A DNA stretch of 64,000 bases from Methanobacteriota archaeon. GTDB taxonomy: Archaea; Thermoplasmatota; Poseidoniia; Poseidoniales; Poseidoniaceae. A model generated the notes under the pieces. The model ran no database searches. It worked only from the letters and a program-made list of their open reading frames with translations, and was not told where the DNA came from. This document shows positions 26,925-36,779 of the stretch, one piece after another. Position 1 is the stretch's first letter; each line of letters begins with the position of its first letter. The translations under genes were made by a program, and so were the position numbers. The DNA lies in NCBI GenBank assembly GCA_038141355.1, contig JAYQHX010000009.1, forward strand, positions 377,978-441,977. The letters are read 5' to 3'.

Positions 26925-28523
26925 CTAGAGTTCGTTAGGCACTGGAGTTTGGTCCATGTGCAAGAATGCATAAACAGCCCACCATGTAACAATGTCCCAT
27001 GAATGAACGAGGTTCGCTTCTCCTGTTGCGGTATCTGTTAACATGTATTCTTCCATAGTCTCTAACTTGTCACAGGTTTTATGATAACATGGATATCCAT
27101 CTACAACGCCATTCCAACCCAAAGTAGCGACTCCGATTTCTTGGAATGGTTGGTGATCACTTCTTGCAGTAGGAGATTCATAAATTGCGACAACGTCCTC
27201 ATATTGGTTATTCCACAACGGACTCTCTCCACCTTGTGCCCACTCTGCAGCCCCTCTTTCCATTTGGTAAGCTAAGTTCAGGGCGTCTGAACCAATCCAT
27301 TCGGTAAGAAGGAACATTCCAGGTTGGTCAATCTCTTCTCCAGTGCCGTCAGGACCAAGGTATACAGATAGTGCATAATCACCAGGATAGTTTATTCCAG
27401 CCATATCGAGGTTGAGATAATTCGAAATTGTGACTCCGGGAGGAACATCATTTGCAAATCCGGAAGAGCCCCAAAGGCCTTCTTCTTCGCTAGACCATAG
27501 GCAGAAAACCATTGTTCTGCGAGCATCGAATTCAGCTAGAACACTTGCTGTAGTTAGGACCATGCTGGTTCCAGCAGTATTGTCATAAGCACCGGTTCTG
27601 GTACCGTATCCAACTTGCTCAGTTCCCGGAATAATTTCTCCATAGGGAACTCCAGTTGGGTATGCGGCGATATCAAAGTGGGCTCCGAATACGAGCCATT
27701 CATCAGGGAAGGTTGTTCCAACTTTGTAGCCGCAGATATTTGTCACCCACAAAGTACCAGATTGGAATTTGTGTTTTTGGACATCTAGTCCGTATCCATT
27801 CAATACGCCTTCAAAGTAAGTAATCGCATCTCTGTATCCAGGGCTTTCTTCACTGACCCACCTGTCAAGATAACCAACGGATTGGTCGTTTGGGTCAGAA
27901 AAATCTGCTGTTTGGTCTGTGATGAAAGCGACCCATTCATACACATCTCGACCATTTACCCATCCATCGCTTGCACCAACTCCGTTTTCTACACCCAAGT
28001 CTGCTCTTTCTGCTCTGTTGGTTTGAAGGATCTTGACTTTTACATCCCCTCCAGTGTCATTTGCAGGAATAATCCAAGGCCACTCTCCGTTAGGGTCTTG
28101 GTTCTCGATAATCTGTATAGAAGAGCCGCCGGTTGTATCATCTATCCAATCCATCCTAGATTCATTTGGAGCCCTAATTGGCCAATTTTCTCTTCCATAC
28201 TCTCCAATCAAAAACACTACGTCAGAATTCCTTGGTGGAAGTAAGATGTTTATTTTTACAACCTCTCCATCTCTTAAGTTGAAAACAGTACCATTTTGTG
28301 CTCTCAAGGAACCAGGGTCTTGAAGGAAGTAGGGCACGAAGACACTCATATCTACATCAGCCAATAACTCGATAGTTGTCCATTCTCCACCGGGTACCAT
28401 TTCAGGTGAAACCTTCAAATTTTTTCCATTCGGAGGACCTGAATCGCCATCCTCGCCAAAGCATCCAGATAAGGTGGCAAGCCCCATTATCATGACCATC
28501 AACAGCGCTCTGGCTACATCCAT
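26925..28523 (-). CDS. M28-family exported peptidase (lipoprotein), intact paralog
   Basis: 532-aa ORF with signal/lipobox LATLSGCFGEDGDS and M28-like blocks FGAHFD, GAYDNTAGTS, MVFCLWSSEEEG, NLDMAG, TARSDHQPF and YPCYHKTCD. Confidence 0.75.
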   Translation of the reverse strand: MDVARALLMVMIMGLATLSGCFGEDGDSGPPNGKNLKVSPEMVPGGEWTTIELLADVDMSVFVPYFLQDPGSLRAQNGTVFNLRDGEVVKINILLPPRNSDVVFLIGEYGRENWPIRAPNESRMDWIDDTTGGSSIQIIENQDPNGEWPWIIPANDTGGDVKVKILQTNRAERADLGVENGVGASDGWVNGRDVYEWVAFITDQTADFSDPNDQSVGYLDRWVSEESPGYRDAITYFEGVLNGYGLDVQKHKFQSGTLWVTNICGYKVGTTFPDEWLVFGAHFDIAAYPTGVPYGEIIPGTEQVGYGTRTGAYDNTAGTSMVLTTASVLAEFDARRTMVFCLWSSEEEGLWGSSGFANDVPPGVTISNYLNLDMAGINYPGDYALSVYLGPDGTGEEIDQPGMFLLTEWIGSDALNLAYQMERGAAEWAQGGESPLWNNQYEDVVAIYESPTARSDHQPFQEIGVATLGWNGVVDGYPCYHKTCDKLETMEEYMLTDTATGEANLVHSWDIVTWWAVYAFLHMDQTPVPNEL

Positions 28524-28606
28524 GAATACGCGACAAGCATCTTATTGTTGAATTATATGGTGAATTGGATTTCCGCACAATGGAACCTACTTTCCGGTAA
28601 TGGGAT

Positions 28607-29449
28607 ATGGTTATACATGGCACTACAGCCGGACGCATGATGGCAACTGTGCGCCTGGACCAAAAAACACGGGCATTGGTCAGGTGCGTATCTCCTGGTT
28701 TCATCAATGCCCTTGCTAAATATTTTGGAACTGGTCCAACCGATATCGAGTTGGCAAGATTACAACACACAAATTATGTTTCAGCCCTCGCAGATAGCGG
28801 CTTAATGGTGACAATTCTTCCTGCAGATCCGAAGCATCCAGATTGTGTATTTGTTGAAGACCAAGCAGTTGTAATTGATGGCCATGTTTTGCTTCCAGTA
28901 CCTGGTCATGAGAGCCGAAGAGGCGAGCAACCACCAATTGCCGATTTCCTAATCAACGCATTACAAGGCCATCAGGTTTGCAAAATGATGGCTCCTGCGA
29001 TGATGGATGGAGGAGATATCCTAAGATTAGGCGACCTGTTCTTTGTGGGCCGTTCAACTAGGACTAACGATGCTGGGATTGAAGAATTAAAACGTCTTTT
29101 AGACCATCTAAATTACGAATTGAGAGTTATCGATATACCATTAACTGCACTCCATTTGACAAGTATTTCTTCAACCCCTTCCGACAATATCATCCTTACA
29201 GCTGAAGGGTATTTGACAGCAGAAGATTTCGGAGAATTACCAGAGGGATGTGAATTGATTATGGTACCAGAAGAAGAAGTATACGGCTGCAATACAATCG
29301 GATTACCAAATGGCAAGATAATCGTGGCAGAAGGCTATCCCACTGTGGTCGCAGAATTAGAAAAGAGAGGATTTGAAATCGTTCTAGTTGAGATGAGCGA
29401 AATCCGTGCTGCAGATGGTTCCCTTACATGTTGCTCAATTTTCTATTGA
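28607..29449 (+). CDS. dimethylarginine dimethylaminohydrolase-like amidinotransferase (DDAH family)
   Basis: Resembles DDAH along its whole length (PDCVFVEDQAVV, MMDGGDIL, FVGRSTRTN, LHL), with a C-terminal catalytic-Cys context GSLTCCSIF. The start is possibly at the internal MMATV (28637). Confidence 0.75.
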   Translation: MVIHGTTAGRMMATVRLDQKTRALVRCVSPGFINALAKYFGTGPTDIELARLQHTNYVSALADSGLMVTILPADPKHPDCVFVEDQAVVIDGHVLLPVPGHESRRGEQPPIADFLINALQGHQVCKMMAPAMMDGGDILRLGDLFFVGRSTRTNDAGIEELKRLLDHLNYELRVIDIPLTALHLTSISSTPSDNIILTAEGYLTAEDFGELPEGCELIMVPEEEVYGCNTIGLPNGKIIVAEGYPTVVAELEKRGFEIVLVEMSEIRAADGSLTCCSIFY

Positions 29450-29492
29450 AGAAAATACGCACGTTGTTATACTCGTGTCAATTCCATGAAAT

Positions 29493-29738
29493 GTGAGAAA
29501 TCGTTGGACTGAAGAAAGGAGACAAAACCGCTTGGAAGCGGAGTGGATAGTTTCTTGGTTAAGGGATAACAGCCCAGCAACAGTCCGCGAAATCATAGAT
29601 GCTCTGGAATCGAATGGTAAGGAAGTAAAGCCCCATGTTATTCGAAGGGCACTATTCAAGTCGCAATTTGTTGAAATGGTCGGAGAGAAAGAAATTGATG
29701 GAGAAAGACATACATTATGGTCATTTACAAGCGATTAA
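29493..29738 (+). CDS. small putative winged-helix DNA-binding protein
   Basis: 81-aa ORF with a GTG start. The stretch WIVSWLRDNSPATVREIIDALESNG looks like a wHTH recognition unit. Weak call. Confidence 0.4.
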   Translation: MRNRWTEERRQNRLEAEWIVSWLRDNSPATVREIIDALESNGKEVKPHVIRRALFKSQFVEMVGEKEIDGERHTLWSFTSD

Positions 29739-30293
29739 TCACTCTTCTTCAGAACTCTCTTCATCCAAAATTTGAGCCAGTAAAATTACAATTACGATTA
29801 GAGAAATCATTGCTAAAATTAGTGCATAATCCTTAGCCGTTAGATGTTCACCATGACTATCACTTGCTCCGTGATGGTCCTCTTCGATATCAACAGAACC
29901 CGACGAAGTCTTATTCAATTCACCATCGACATAGGTTTTGAAATCGATATCCCAAACTCCAGCAGCATATGATTGATTGAAATAAAAGTCATATCGATTT
30001 TCGCAATCTTCGTTTACCTTAGTTCCATTTTCATCCAACTCGCACTCATAGTACAATATTGGTGAAGTATGGACGTTATCTCCTTTTGAAAGCTCGATGA
30101 TTAAGGTCGCATTTTCGGTTGAATCTTTCATCCAAAACCACGCAGCATCGCCTTCTTTCAATGTCCCATTGGGAATATCTCCTGGTTGCGGCCCTTCAGA
30201 GTTAACAATCACAGTATAAACTGCCAATTCATGTCCAACGACCGGACAGGCGAGCATTATTATTCCAAGGAATGCAAAAATCGCTCGCATCAT
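29739..30293 (-). CDS. exported, C-terminally membrane-anchored protein with His-rich segment (hypothetical)
   Basis: N-terminal signal MMRAIFAFLGIIMLACPVVG, His/Asp-rich EEDHHGASDSHGEH, C-terminal TM YALILAMISLIVIVILLAQIL and an acidic tail. Confidence 0.5.
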   Translation of the reverse strand: MMRAIFAFLGIIMLACPVVGHELAVYTVIVNSEGPQPGDIPNGTLKEGDAAWFWMKDSTENATLIIELSKGDNVHTSPILYYECELDENGTKVNEDCENRYDFYFNQSYAAGVWDIDFKTYVDGELNKTSSGSVDIEEDHHGASDSHGEHLTAKDYALILAMISLIVIVILLAQILDEESSEEE

Positions 30294-30349
30294 TTGTCGC
30301 TAACCGTATTTAGAATAAATACAATACCCACGAACGCAGCGCATGGAGC

Positions 30350-32143
30350 ATGGACGCTAAGATAGGTGCACTCACCCTGTTCTGTGTAATCTTTGCATCA
30401 TCGATGGCGGTTGTTGTTTTTACAGAGGATGAATCACAATCCGGCTCAGACAAAAACGAGATGATTTTTCAGGCTGGTGACCCGCTTTTCCAAGGAGAAG
30501 GTCACGACCACATGAATGCAAGTCAGCATAGAGCTGGAACAGCCAATATCGAACAATTGGCATTCAATCCACTCACTTCTCCCGGAAATGCAGAAGTTTC
30601 TGTTGCACGTTCCCCCGACGGTCGAGTTTACACCTATCAAGCAGGTTGGAATGACATGCATATTGTAGATGTCACAAATTCATCAGACCCTCAAGTTGTT
30701 GGAGTTTACAACGATCCAAACACGCAGGTATTAGATGTAAAATATCTTGAATACAATGGAAACGAATACATTATTTTGCAAAACCAATTGGTAGATTCTG
30801 GGTATGCAGACCCCAATGTAGGAGAATGGAGCGACCCGATTCAAGTATCTGTAACTTTGATTGATGTGACTGACAAAAGCAATCCGACATACGTCGATTC
30901 TTGGTATGATGCAGACCATCCGAGCGGGCCTCACAATCTCTATCCTCACATGATTGACAACGAATGGTATATTTTCGTTGCAAATCCAGATTATGAGCAG
31001 TGCGATTCAGCAATAGGAGAAGCTTGTGGAGGCGTCACAATCGCTCACCTGAATCTTCAGGGAAGTGCAGCCCAAGTCGCCCCAGGAGTCCCCGGGTCTG
31101 GACACGGTCATACAATCATCAAGGTAGGCGAATACGAGGTAGCATGGGAAACTACCAGGGGTGGATGGATTTACATTCACGACATGACTGTTCAAAAGTG
31201 GCCAGGAGAAGACCCGAATGACCCAAGATATGGACGAACCTTCGTTTATGGATCATATTGGGAAGCTGGATTAAGGATTGGCGATGTGACAGACGTCCCT
31301 CATCCAGTGAATTCCCCAGAATTGTATACTTTGATGGCGTCAACATGCAAAGCAGGACAAGGCAATCCCGTCATGTGTAGATGGAGGGCGCCCGAGGTCG
31401 GTTCTTGGATGGATTTCCTAGACCTAGATGGAGACGGCCAACCAGATAGTGGAACTACCGGAAATGAAAATGGTGGAAGAGTATCTTATATCCACTATGC
31501 AGAACCATTCCCAGCAATGCTTGATGTCTCTCATCTTGGCTTAGGAGAAGAACCTAGACATTATGTCACTGCGGCGGTAGAATGCCTAGACCTGTACGAA
31601 GGAACCGGCATCATCTATCTCTTAGATACAACAGAATATTCGATGGAAAATGGAAACTTTAGATTTGAAATAACAATGACGAGAGATTGGGAAATCCCAT
31701 ACGCCGAGGACCATTGTTTTGGCTCAAGTTGTGAATTAGATCCACAAGCAGATCAATGGTTATTGTTCAGCCCACATAATTTGGACAGCGGATACTTCGA
31801 GACAACTCCAGAAACAGACACCTCCCATGGGGGAACGTGGGATGGCAGGCTGTACATTTCTCATTACCACGCTGGATTGTGGATTGTTGATGTTGAAACA
31901 CTAATTTCACCCGAATCGACAGATAGAATTGATATCCATTTCGAAGCCACAGTCGGATATTACCTGCCATCTGGTCACTTAGATGGAACGCCTCTTGATA
32001 GCCAATTCTATGATTTTGGCTGGGTGCCTTTCCTTTGGGCAGTTGAATTCCATGAAGGTGTAATATATGCCTCATGTATCTCGACAGGGTTGTATATTTT
32101 GCAATTGGATATCGATGAGCCATTCCTCGGTCAGCCGGTGTAA
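30350..32143 (+). CDS. exported LVIVD-repeat beta-propeller protein
   Basis: N-terminal hydrophobic signal. Strand motifs of the LVIVD type recur: MHIVDVTNSSDPQVV, VTLIDVTDKSNPTYV, LWIVDVETL, LYILQLD. Confidence 0.6.
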   Translation: MDAKIGALTLFCVIFASSMAVVVFTEDESQSGSDKNEMIFQAGDPLFQGEGHDHMNASQHRAGTANIEQLAFNPLTSPGNAEVSVARSPDGRVYTYQAGWNDMHIVDVTNSSDPQVVGVYNDPNTQVLDVKYLEYNGNEYIILQNQLVDSGYADPNVGEWSDPIQVSVTLIDVTDKSNPTYVDSWYDADHPSGPHNLYPHMIDNEWYIFVANPDYEQCDSAIGEACGGVTIAHLNLQGSAAQVAPGVPGSGHGHTIIKVGEYEVAWETTRGGWIYIHDMTVQKWPGEDPNDPRYGRTFVYGSYWEAGLRIGDVTDVPHPVNSPELYTLMASTCKAGQGNPVMCRWRAPEVGSWMDFLDLDGDGQPDSGTTGNENGGRVSYIHYAEPFPAMLDVSHLGLGEEPRHYVTAAVECLDLYEGTGIIYLLDTTEYSMENGNFRFEITMTRDWEIPYAEDHCFGSSCELDPQADQWLLFSPHNLDSGYFETTPETDTSHGGTWDGRLYISHYHAGLWIVDVETLISPESTDRIDIHFEATVGYYLPSGHLDGTPLDSQFYDFGWVPFLWAVEFHEGVIYASCISTGLYILQLDIDEPFLGQPV

Positions 32144-32191
32144 TTTCTCACGCGAGTCGTTGATATATTCGTTGAATGTGGGTAATTTCAA

Positions 32192-32275
32192 GCAGGAGTT
32201 GCCAAGCTTGGTCAACGGCGCTGGGATGAGGTCCCAGTCCTCAACGGTTCGCAGGTTCAAATCCTGCCTCCTGCA
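32192..32275 (+). tRNA. tRNA-Leu (anticodon GAG), class II with long variable arm
   Basis: Cloverleaf folded by hand. Acceptor GCAGGAG/CTCCTGC plus discriminator A; anticodon stem CTGGG/CCCAG with loop AT-GAG-GT (U33, G37); 13-nt variable arm; T arm GCAGG-TTCAAAT-CCTGC. No encoded CCA. Confidence 0.85.
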
Positions 32276-32540
32276 TTGAAATCACCATTTCGTCCAAACC
32301 TTGCTCCAAAAATCTACTATATGCGGCTCACTCATTGCAATTCATGTGGAGCGATGAACAATTACTTGAACAAGGATGGACCCACGACCAAATTAAACAA
32401 TGGAGATTGGAGCAACAACCTTCAGTAGAATCTGTATCGAAGGTATCTGATCAACTAATGAAATCGCGGATGTAAAACCCGACTCCTTACAAGGGTTAGG
32501 CTCCATCTTTTCACAAGATAAAACTCAGATTTTCGTAATT

Positions 32541-34436
32541 GTGTGTATGCTGATAATTGCTCCTCTTTCAATCTACACTTCTCTATTTGACGAAGGCCCA
32601 GAGGGGCCGAGTGGGAATACAGGCGCACCAGGAGAAAACGGAACTGATGGGTCAAGTTTCCATCTAGTGATGACTTCTGATGATTTACCAAATTGTGACC
32701 AATCGATAGAAAATCAGATTTTCTTTGTAGCGGAGGTTTCAGGATTCGAAGTCTGTCAATCCAATATGTGGTCTACCATCGATTTGACTGGACCTAAGGG
32801 AGATTCAGGAGCGGATGGAATCAACGGCACAGATGGCGAAGATGGTGCCGATGGATTAAATGGAACAGATGGTAGTGATGGAGCGAATGGCGCTGATGGA
32901 AACGATGGCCAAGACGGGTCCAACGGAACAGATGGTTCTGACGGTGTTAATGGTTTGAGTTCGCTGATTGTATCACGAATCGAAAATCCAGGTGTTAATT
33001 GCGTAAATGGAGGAACACTCATTGAAACTGGAATCGACGAGAATGGCGATGGTATTCTATCATTGCCAGAAGTGGATGATTTCGTATTCGTTTGTAACGG
33101 CGTTGACGGTTCTGATGGTACTGATGGGGCTAACGGCAGCTCAACAACGACGATGTTGGTTGCTAGACTAGGGCCTGCACCATCCTACCTTGGTTGTAAT
33201 GGAACTGGCCAATTACTACAGCAGGGTATGGATGATGGTTCTGGAGGAGGAATCGCACAAAATGGAATTCTTGAAGCCGGAGAAGTCATCACAAGTTCAC
33301 TGATTTGTACAACATTTTCAGTTGGGCTAGTCGAGGACATCAACCTCGGTTCAACAGGCAGTAATCCGTCAGAATTTGTCACAATCAATTCGACAATATA
33401 TTTCACAGCCAATAACGGAAGCGCCTCTGGAATATGGTCATTGGACGTTAACGACACATTATCTCTTGAATATTCAGGTTCTGCTTTTGGATTAAGAGCA
33501 ATAGGTGACCAAATATTCTTCCTTGGCGCTAGTATAGCACACGGAAATGAGCCATGGATCTACGACCCTTCAAACGGATCTGATTGGATGATTTCTGATA
33601 TAAATTCAGGCACTTCAGGAAGTTTTGCTGGAGAATTTACTCTTGTTGGAACGACTGTATATTTCGGAGCTCGAGACAACATCAACAGCGTGTTTGACCT
33701 TTGGGCCTATGAAACTGTTAATTTCAGTGTGTGGAAAGTTGAAACAGATATCCAACCTACTTCGTTGATTGCCTTTAATTCAGACCTCTATTTCTCTGCA
33801 GGGCCGAACAACGGAAATGTCGAATTGTGGAAACATGAGACCGCTACAAATACCACCTTCATGGTACAGGACATCAACCCCGGCACCCTCTCTTCTTCAC
33901 CGCAAAATCTTGTTTTGATGGGAACAACATTGTACATGTCTGCAAATGCTGGAACAACCCACGGAACAGAATTATACGCATATGATATAGTGAGTAATTC
34001 TACATCACTGGCCGCAGACATTAGACCAGGATTTGCAGGAAGTGGCCTTTCAGAACTGGCAGTACTTGGAACTCGAGTTTACTTTCAGGCAACCTCAGGT
34101 TCATTTTTTGAAATGTGGGTCTACGATTCCAGTAATAATTCGTTTTGGGAGATTACTAATTTCCAATCAACCTCTGGCGCAGGAGGGCCCCATGAATTTA
34201 CAGTGAACGGAAACCTCGTATTTTTCGCAGCAGATGATGGCTTAACCGGTGAAGAATTATGGGCACATAGTTCGATCAACGAAACAATTTGGCAAGTTAT
34301 TGATTTAGACCCGTCAGGCGGACGAATTGGAGATATCCATCTTCAAGAGGGCAACATCTACTTCACTGGTGAAGATAATCTAAACGATTCAGAAGTCTGG
34401 CGGTTAATTTTTTCAAGAGAAGTTTCCTTTGTTTGA
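32541..34436 (+). CDS. surface protein with collagen-like Gly-X-Y repeats and C-terminal ELWxxDGT-type repeats
   Basis: 631-aa ORF with an N-terminal hydrophobic segment and two Gly-X-Y tracts (7 and 18 triplets). At least seven repeats follow, of the type GNEPWIYD, FDLWAYE, VELWKHE, TELYAYD, FEMWVYD, GEELWAHS, SEVWRL. Confidence 0.65.
   Translation: MCMLIIAPLSIYTSLFDEGPEGPSGNTGAPGENGTDGSSFHLVMTSDDLPNCDQSIENQIFFVAEVSGFEVCQSNMWSTIDLTGPKGDSGADGINGTDGEDGADGLNGTDGSDGANGADGNDGQDGSNGTDGSDGVNGLSSLIVSRIENPGVNCVNGGTLIETGIDENGDGILSLPEVDDFVFVCNGVDGSDGTDGANGSSTTTMLVARLGPAPSYLGCNGTGQLLQQGMDDGSGGGIAQNGILEAGEVITSSLICTTFSVGLVEDINLGSTGSNPSEFVTINSTIYFTANNGSASGIWSLDVNDTLSLEYSGSAFGLRAIGDQIFFLGASIAHGNEPWIYDPSNGSDWMISDINSGTSGSFAGEFTLVGTTVYFGARDNINSVFDLWAYETVNFSVWKVETDIQPTSLIAFNSDLYFSAGPNNGNVELWKHETATNTTFMVQDINPGTLSSSPQNLVLMGTTLYMSANAGTTHGTELYAYDIVSNSTSLAADIRPGFAGSGLSELAVLGTRVYFQATSGSFFEMWVYDSSNNSFWEITNFQSTSGAGGPHEFTVNGNLVFFAADDGLTGEELWAHSSINETIWQVIDLDPSGGRIGDIHLQEGNIYFTGEDNLNDSEVWRLIFSREVSFV
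32790..32954 (+). repeat. collagen-like coding tandem repeat (18 Gly-X-Y triplets, 9-nt GGN-NNN-GAY periodicity)
   Basis: Translates as GPKGDSGADGINGTDGEDGADGLNGTDGSDGANGADGNDGQDGSNGTDGSDGVNG. A shorter tract lies at 32595-32651. Confidence 0.85.
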
Positions 34437-34540
34437 ATCCGTTCCCTTATCCACGTTTATGCATAAGAGTTGTAATTTTTGACTAACAGCCTATATTTAT
34501 TGGAGGAGAATTTATTTTTAAATTCAGACCGAATGTAAAT

Positions 34541-35056
34541 GTGGAAGCCTTCTGGGAAGATGAGGACTTCGAATCGAAGTTGAAAGATGGGATTCTTGCT
34601 CGAAAAAGGTTCAAGATTCTCTACAGAATCCTCCTCTTTGCTTCTGGAACCCTTTTCTTCCTCGTCGGGTGGCTAACGTGGAATCTACCCCTTGAATCTG
34701 AAGATGGAACACACAACAGTTTGTTTGTTAGAATGAATGAGGTAGTAGGTTATGATTTGGCCTGGCCATTATTCCTAAGTGGCGTGTTTATGCAATTTAT
34801 TATTGCGCCCTGGTTTGTATATTCCGGTATTTCGAGGACAGGACGGCTTTCTATGTTGGTGCCAAAAGAGATTCGAGAATATAGTGACTTGAAGCGTGAA
34901 ATTGAGTTCAGGCAAAATCACGGGGCGAGAAACCCTAGCAAAGAAATTGAAGACCTTTATTGGGAGGCGTTGAACGACCCGAATCATCGCTATCACAACG
35001 ATATTGTCAGATACAAGTGGATGGACAAAGTCAAATGGAAGCACCGCCCTAAGTGA
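34541..35056 (+). CDS. hypothetical membrane protein
   Basis: 171-aa ORF (GTG start) with two predicted TM segments (ILLFASGTLFFLVGWLTW, WPLFLSGVFMQFIIAPWFVY). No family recognised. Confidence 0.4.
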   Translation: MEAFWEDEDFESKLKDGILARKRFKILYRILLFASGTLFFLVGWLTWNLPLESEDGTHNSLFVRMNEVVGYDLAWPLFLSGVFMQFIIAPWFVYSGISRTGRLSMLVPKEIREYSDLKREIEFRQNHGARNPSKEIEDLYWEALNDPNHRYHNDIVRYKWMDKVKWKHRPK

Positions 35057-35225
35057 TTTCTTTGGGCATGTAAAATTCACAAAAGGGACGGGAGAAGAAA
35101 CCTTGGGGCCGTCGTTCCGAAAACATCCGATGCTTACCGAAACTCAATGTTACATTCGATGAAAATGATAACGTAAATGGAATCTCTAACCCAGCCATAC
35201 ATCCCCTTAAGCGACTTTTCCTCCG

Positions 35226-36206
35226 TTGGTCTTGTTTTTCATGACATCTTTGTTGTCGGTTCTAAATTTATTGGTTATCATTCAATCTGGAGTATCTAAC
35301 TTACTCAAATCTGAAATACTCGAATTATTTGTTGGTCCGTGTTTTTTTGCTTGGTTTATCGTTAAAAGAAATACCGACTTGCTGCCCAGCCGCAAACGTA
35401 AACGTGAACAACAAATCAGTAATTTAAGCGATGATGCTTTGCATGAAAGGATGAATCTATTACGCGAAAAATATCTTTCAGTTCAGGAACATGAAGAAAG
35501 GATAGAGGCCTATAATATCCGAAACATATTACGCAATAGAGAAAATAAAACATCCACTACTGCTTCAATTTTCTTCATTGTTTCAATTATTACATTATGG
35601 ATAGGACTTGATTCAAACCCGCTGGATTTCACATTGACGTTTGGGTTTTCGTTATTGGCGATTTGTTTGCTAGCGGCCAAACATACTAGGTTGACACAAA
35701 TCGCTCTCAGTTTCAAAGGCTATCGCCTGACTCAAGACAATATCTATCTTCTGGATGGAATTTACAGTAAAAAATTGAAGCGAAATGAAATTCCCGAGCA
35801 CTCCTGCATACGAATTGTTGACTTATACCCCACGAATACGATGAAGTACCACGTTGGCCCAAACGTTTGCCTTCACCTCATCCGCCTGCTTAGAGAAGAA
35901 CCCCATGTTTTTGCTAGAATGGGCCAACAAATGATCAAACCCGGTTATATGCTAAACGGCTATAAGAGGACTTTTTTTGATGGGTTAGGCCCACGCAACG
36001 AGGGTGTAGAATGCTGGGTTGAAGACCTTAAAATTCGGTTTGAATTCAAAACTAAAGCCGAGCAACGCGAGTTCGCAGAAATGCTTGCCAATGAACTATC
36101 CCTTCCCATTCGAGAGCATTGGAGATGGAGTGATGATAAGAAATCAAACCTGTTTTGGCTTGGATCCGATTGGGATTCAATTCCTAATAAACTGAAGGAA
36201 AAATGA
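35226..36206 (+). CDS. hypothetical membrane protein
   Basis: 326-aa ORF (TTG start; ATG alternative at 35241) with N-terminal and central TM segments. No family recognised. Confidence 0.4.
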   Translation: MVLFFMTSLLSVLNLLVIIQSGVSNLLKSEILELFVGPCFFAWFIVKRNTDLLPSRKRKREQQISNLSDDALHERMNLLREKYLSVQEHEERIEAYNIRNILRNRENKTSTTASIFFIVSIITLWIGLDSNPLDFTLTFGFSLLAICLLAAKHTRLTQIALSFKGYRLTQDNIYLLDGIYSKKLKRNEIPEHSCIRIVDLYPTNTMKYHVGPNVCLHLIRLLREEPHVFARMGQQMIKPGYMLNGYKRTFFDGLGPRNEGVECWVEDLKIRFEFKTKAEQREFAEMLANELSLPIREHWRWSDDKKSNLFWLGSDWDSIPNKLKEK

Positions 36207-36215
36207 AAACTTGAA

Positions 36216-36779
36216 TTATTTTGTTAAGTCCATTCTCGCAGTTTCGAAAACCTTTCTTCCTCGAGAAGTTATTTTAATCATCCATTCAGGGTCGTTGGGA
36301 CAAAATGTCCTAAGCATATTTTTTCTCGACCAATGACGTTTTGCATCATTTTCATCGAAGTATTTACCCCATTGTGTCCACCTGTTTTCAGCCCTGCTTG
36401 CCTTCAGTACATCAACGGGTTTGAAGGTGCCAAACTCTTGAGTTATCGAGGTCCATTTCAGGTTTGAATATCTATCTTCCAAGCCTTGGTGCAAATCTCC
36501 AACTATCTCATAACCAACACCATCATTTGGGTCAAGACTTTCAATGTGTCCGGGAAATAATTCTTGCAAATGTCCTCGCTGTTCAGCACTCATTTTTGCA
36601 GATACTAGCAAGGTATCATGGCCGCTAGGTCCCAGTCCAGTGTGAAGGTCAATTGCCCAAATTTCCTTTGTGTTTTGCAATTTTTTATCCAACCATTCTA
36701 GAAGCAACTTCGGGCCCTGGCTGTAGTTCAAAACCACCAAATTGGATTGCTTTAGAATCTTCATATTGCCCTTCCGCAA
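36216..36779 (-). CDS. M14-like/DUF2817-like protein, C-terminal part
   Basis: Removing one T gives the continuous ...AIQFGGLNYSQGPKLLLEWLDKKL..., followed by WAIDLHTGLGPSGHDTLL (the third zinc-ligand His context). Confidence 0.6.
   Translation of the reverse strand: MRKGNMKILKQSNLVVLNYSQGPKLLLEWLDKKLQNTKEIWAIDLHTGLGPSGHDTLLVSAKMSAEQRGHLQELFPGHIESLDPNDGVGYEIVGDLHQGLEDRYSNLKWTSITQEFGTFKPVDVLKASRAENRWTQWGKYFDENDAKRHWSRKNMLRTFCPNDPEWMIKITSRGRKVFETARMDLTK

Noticed and set aside
32067-32279. Track ORFs 32067..32279 (+) and 32072..32260 (-).
   Set aside because: They overlap the 3' end of the LVIVD gene and the hand-folded tRNA-Leu at 32192-32275. The tRNA explains the conserved-looking sequence.
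32595-32954. CRISPR array or other non-coding tandem repeat in the 9-nt periodic region. The same question was considered for 60540-60740 and 61689-61807.
   Set aside because: The periodicity is Gly-X-Y coding inside a long ORF. The 60.5-60.7 kb region is Lys/Glu/Ala coding low complexity. The 61.7 kb repeat has only two adjacent copies and no spacers. No repeat-spacer architecture exists anywhere in the window.
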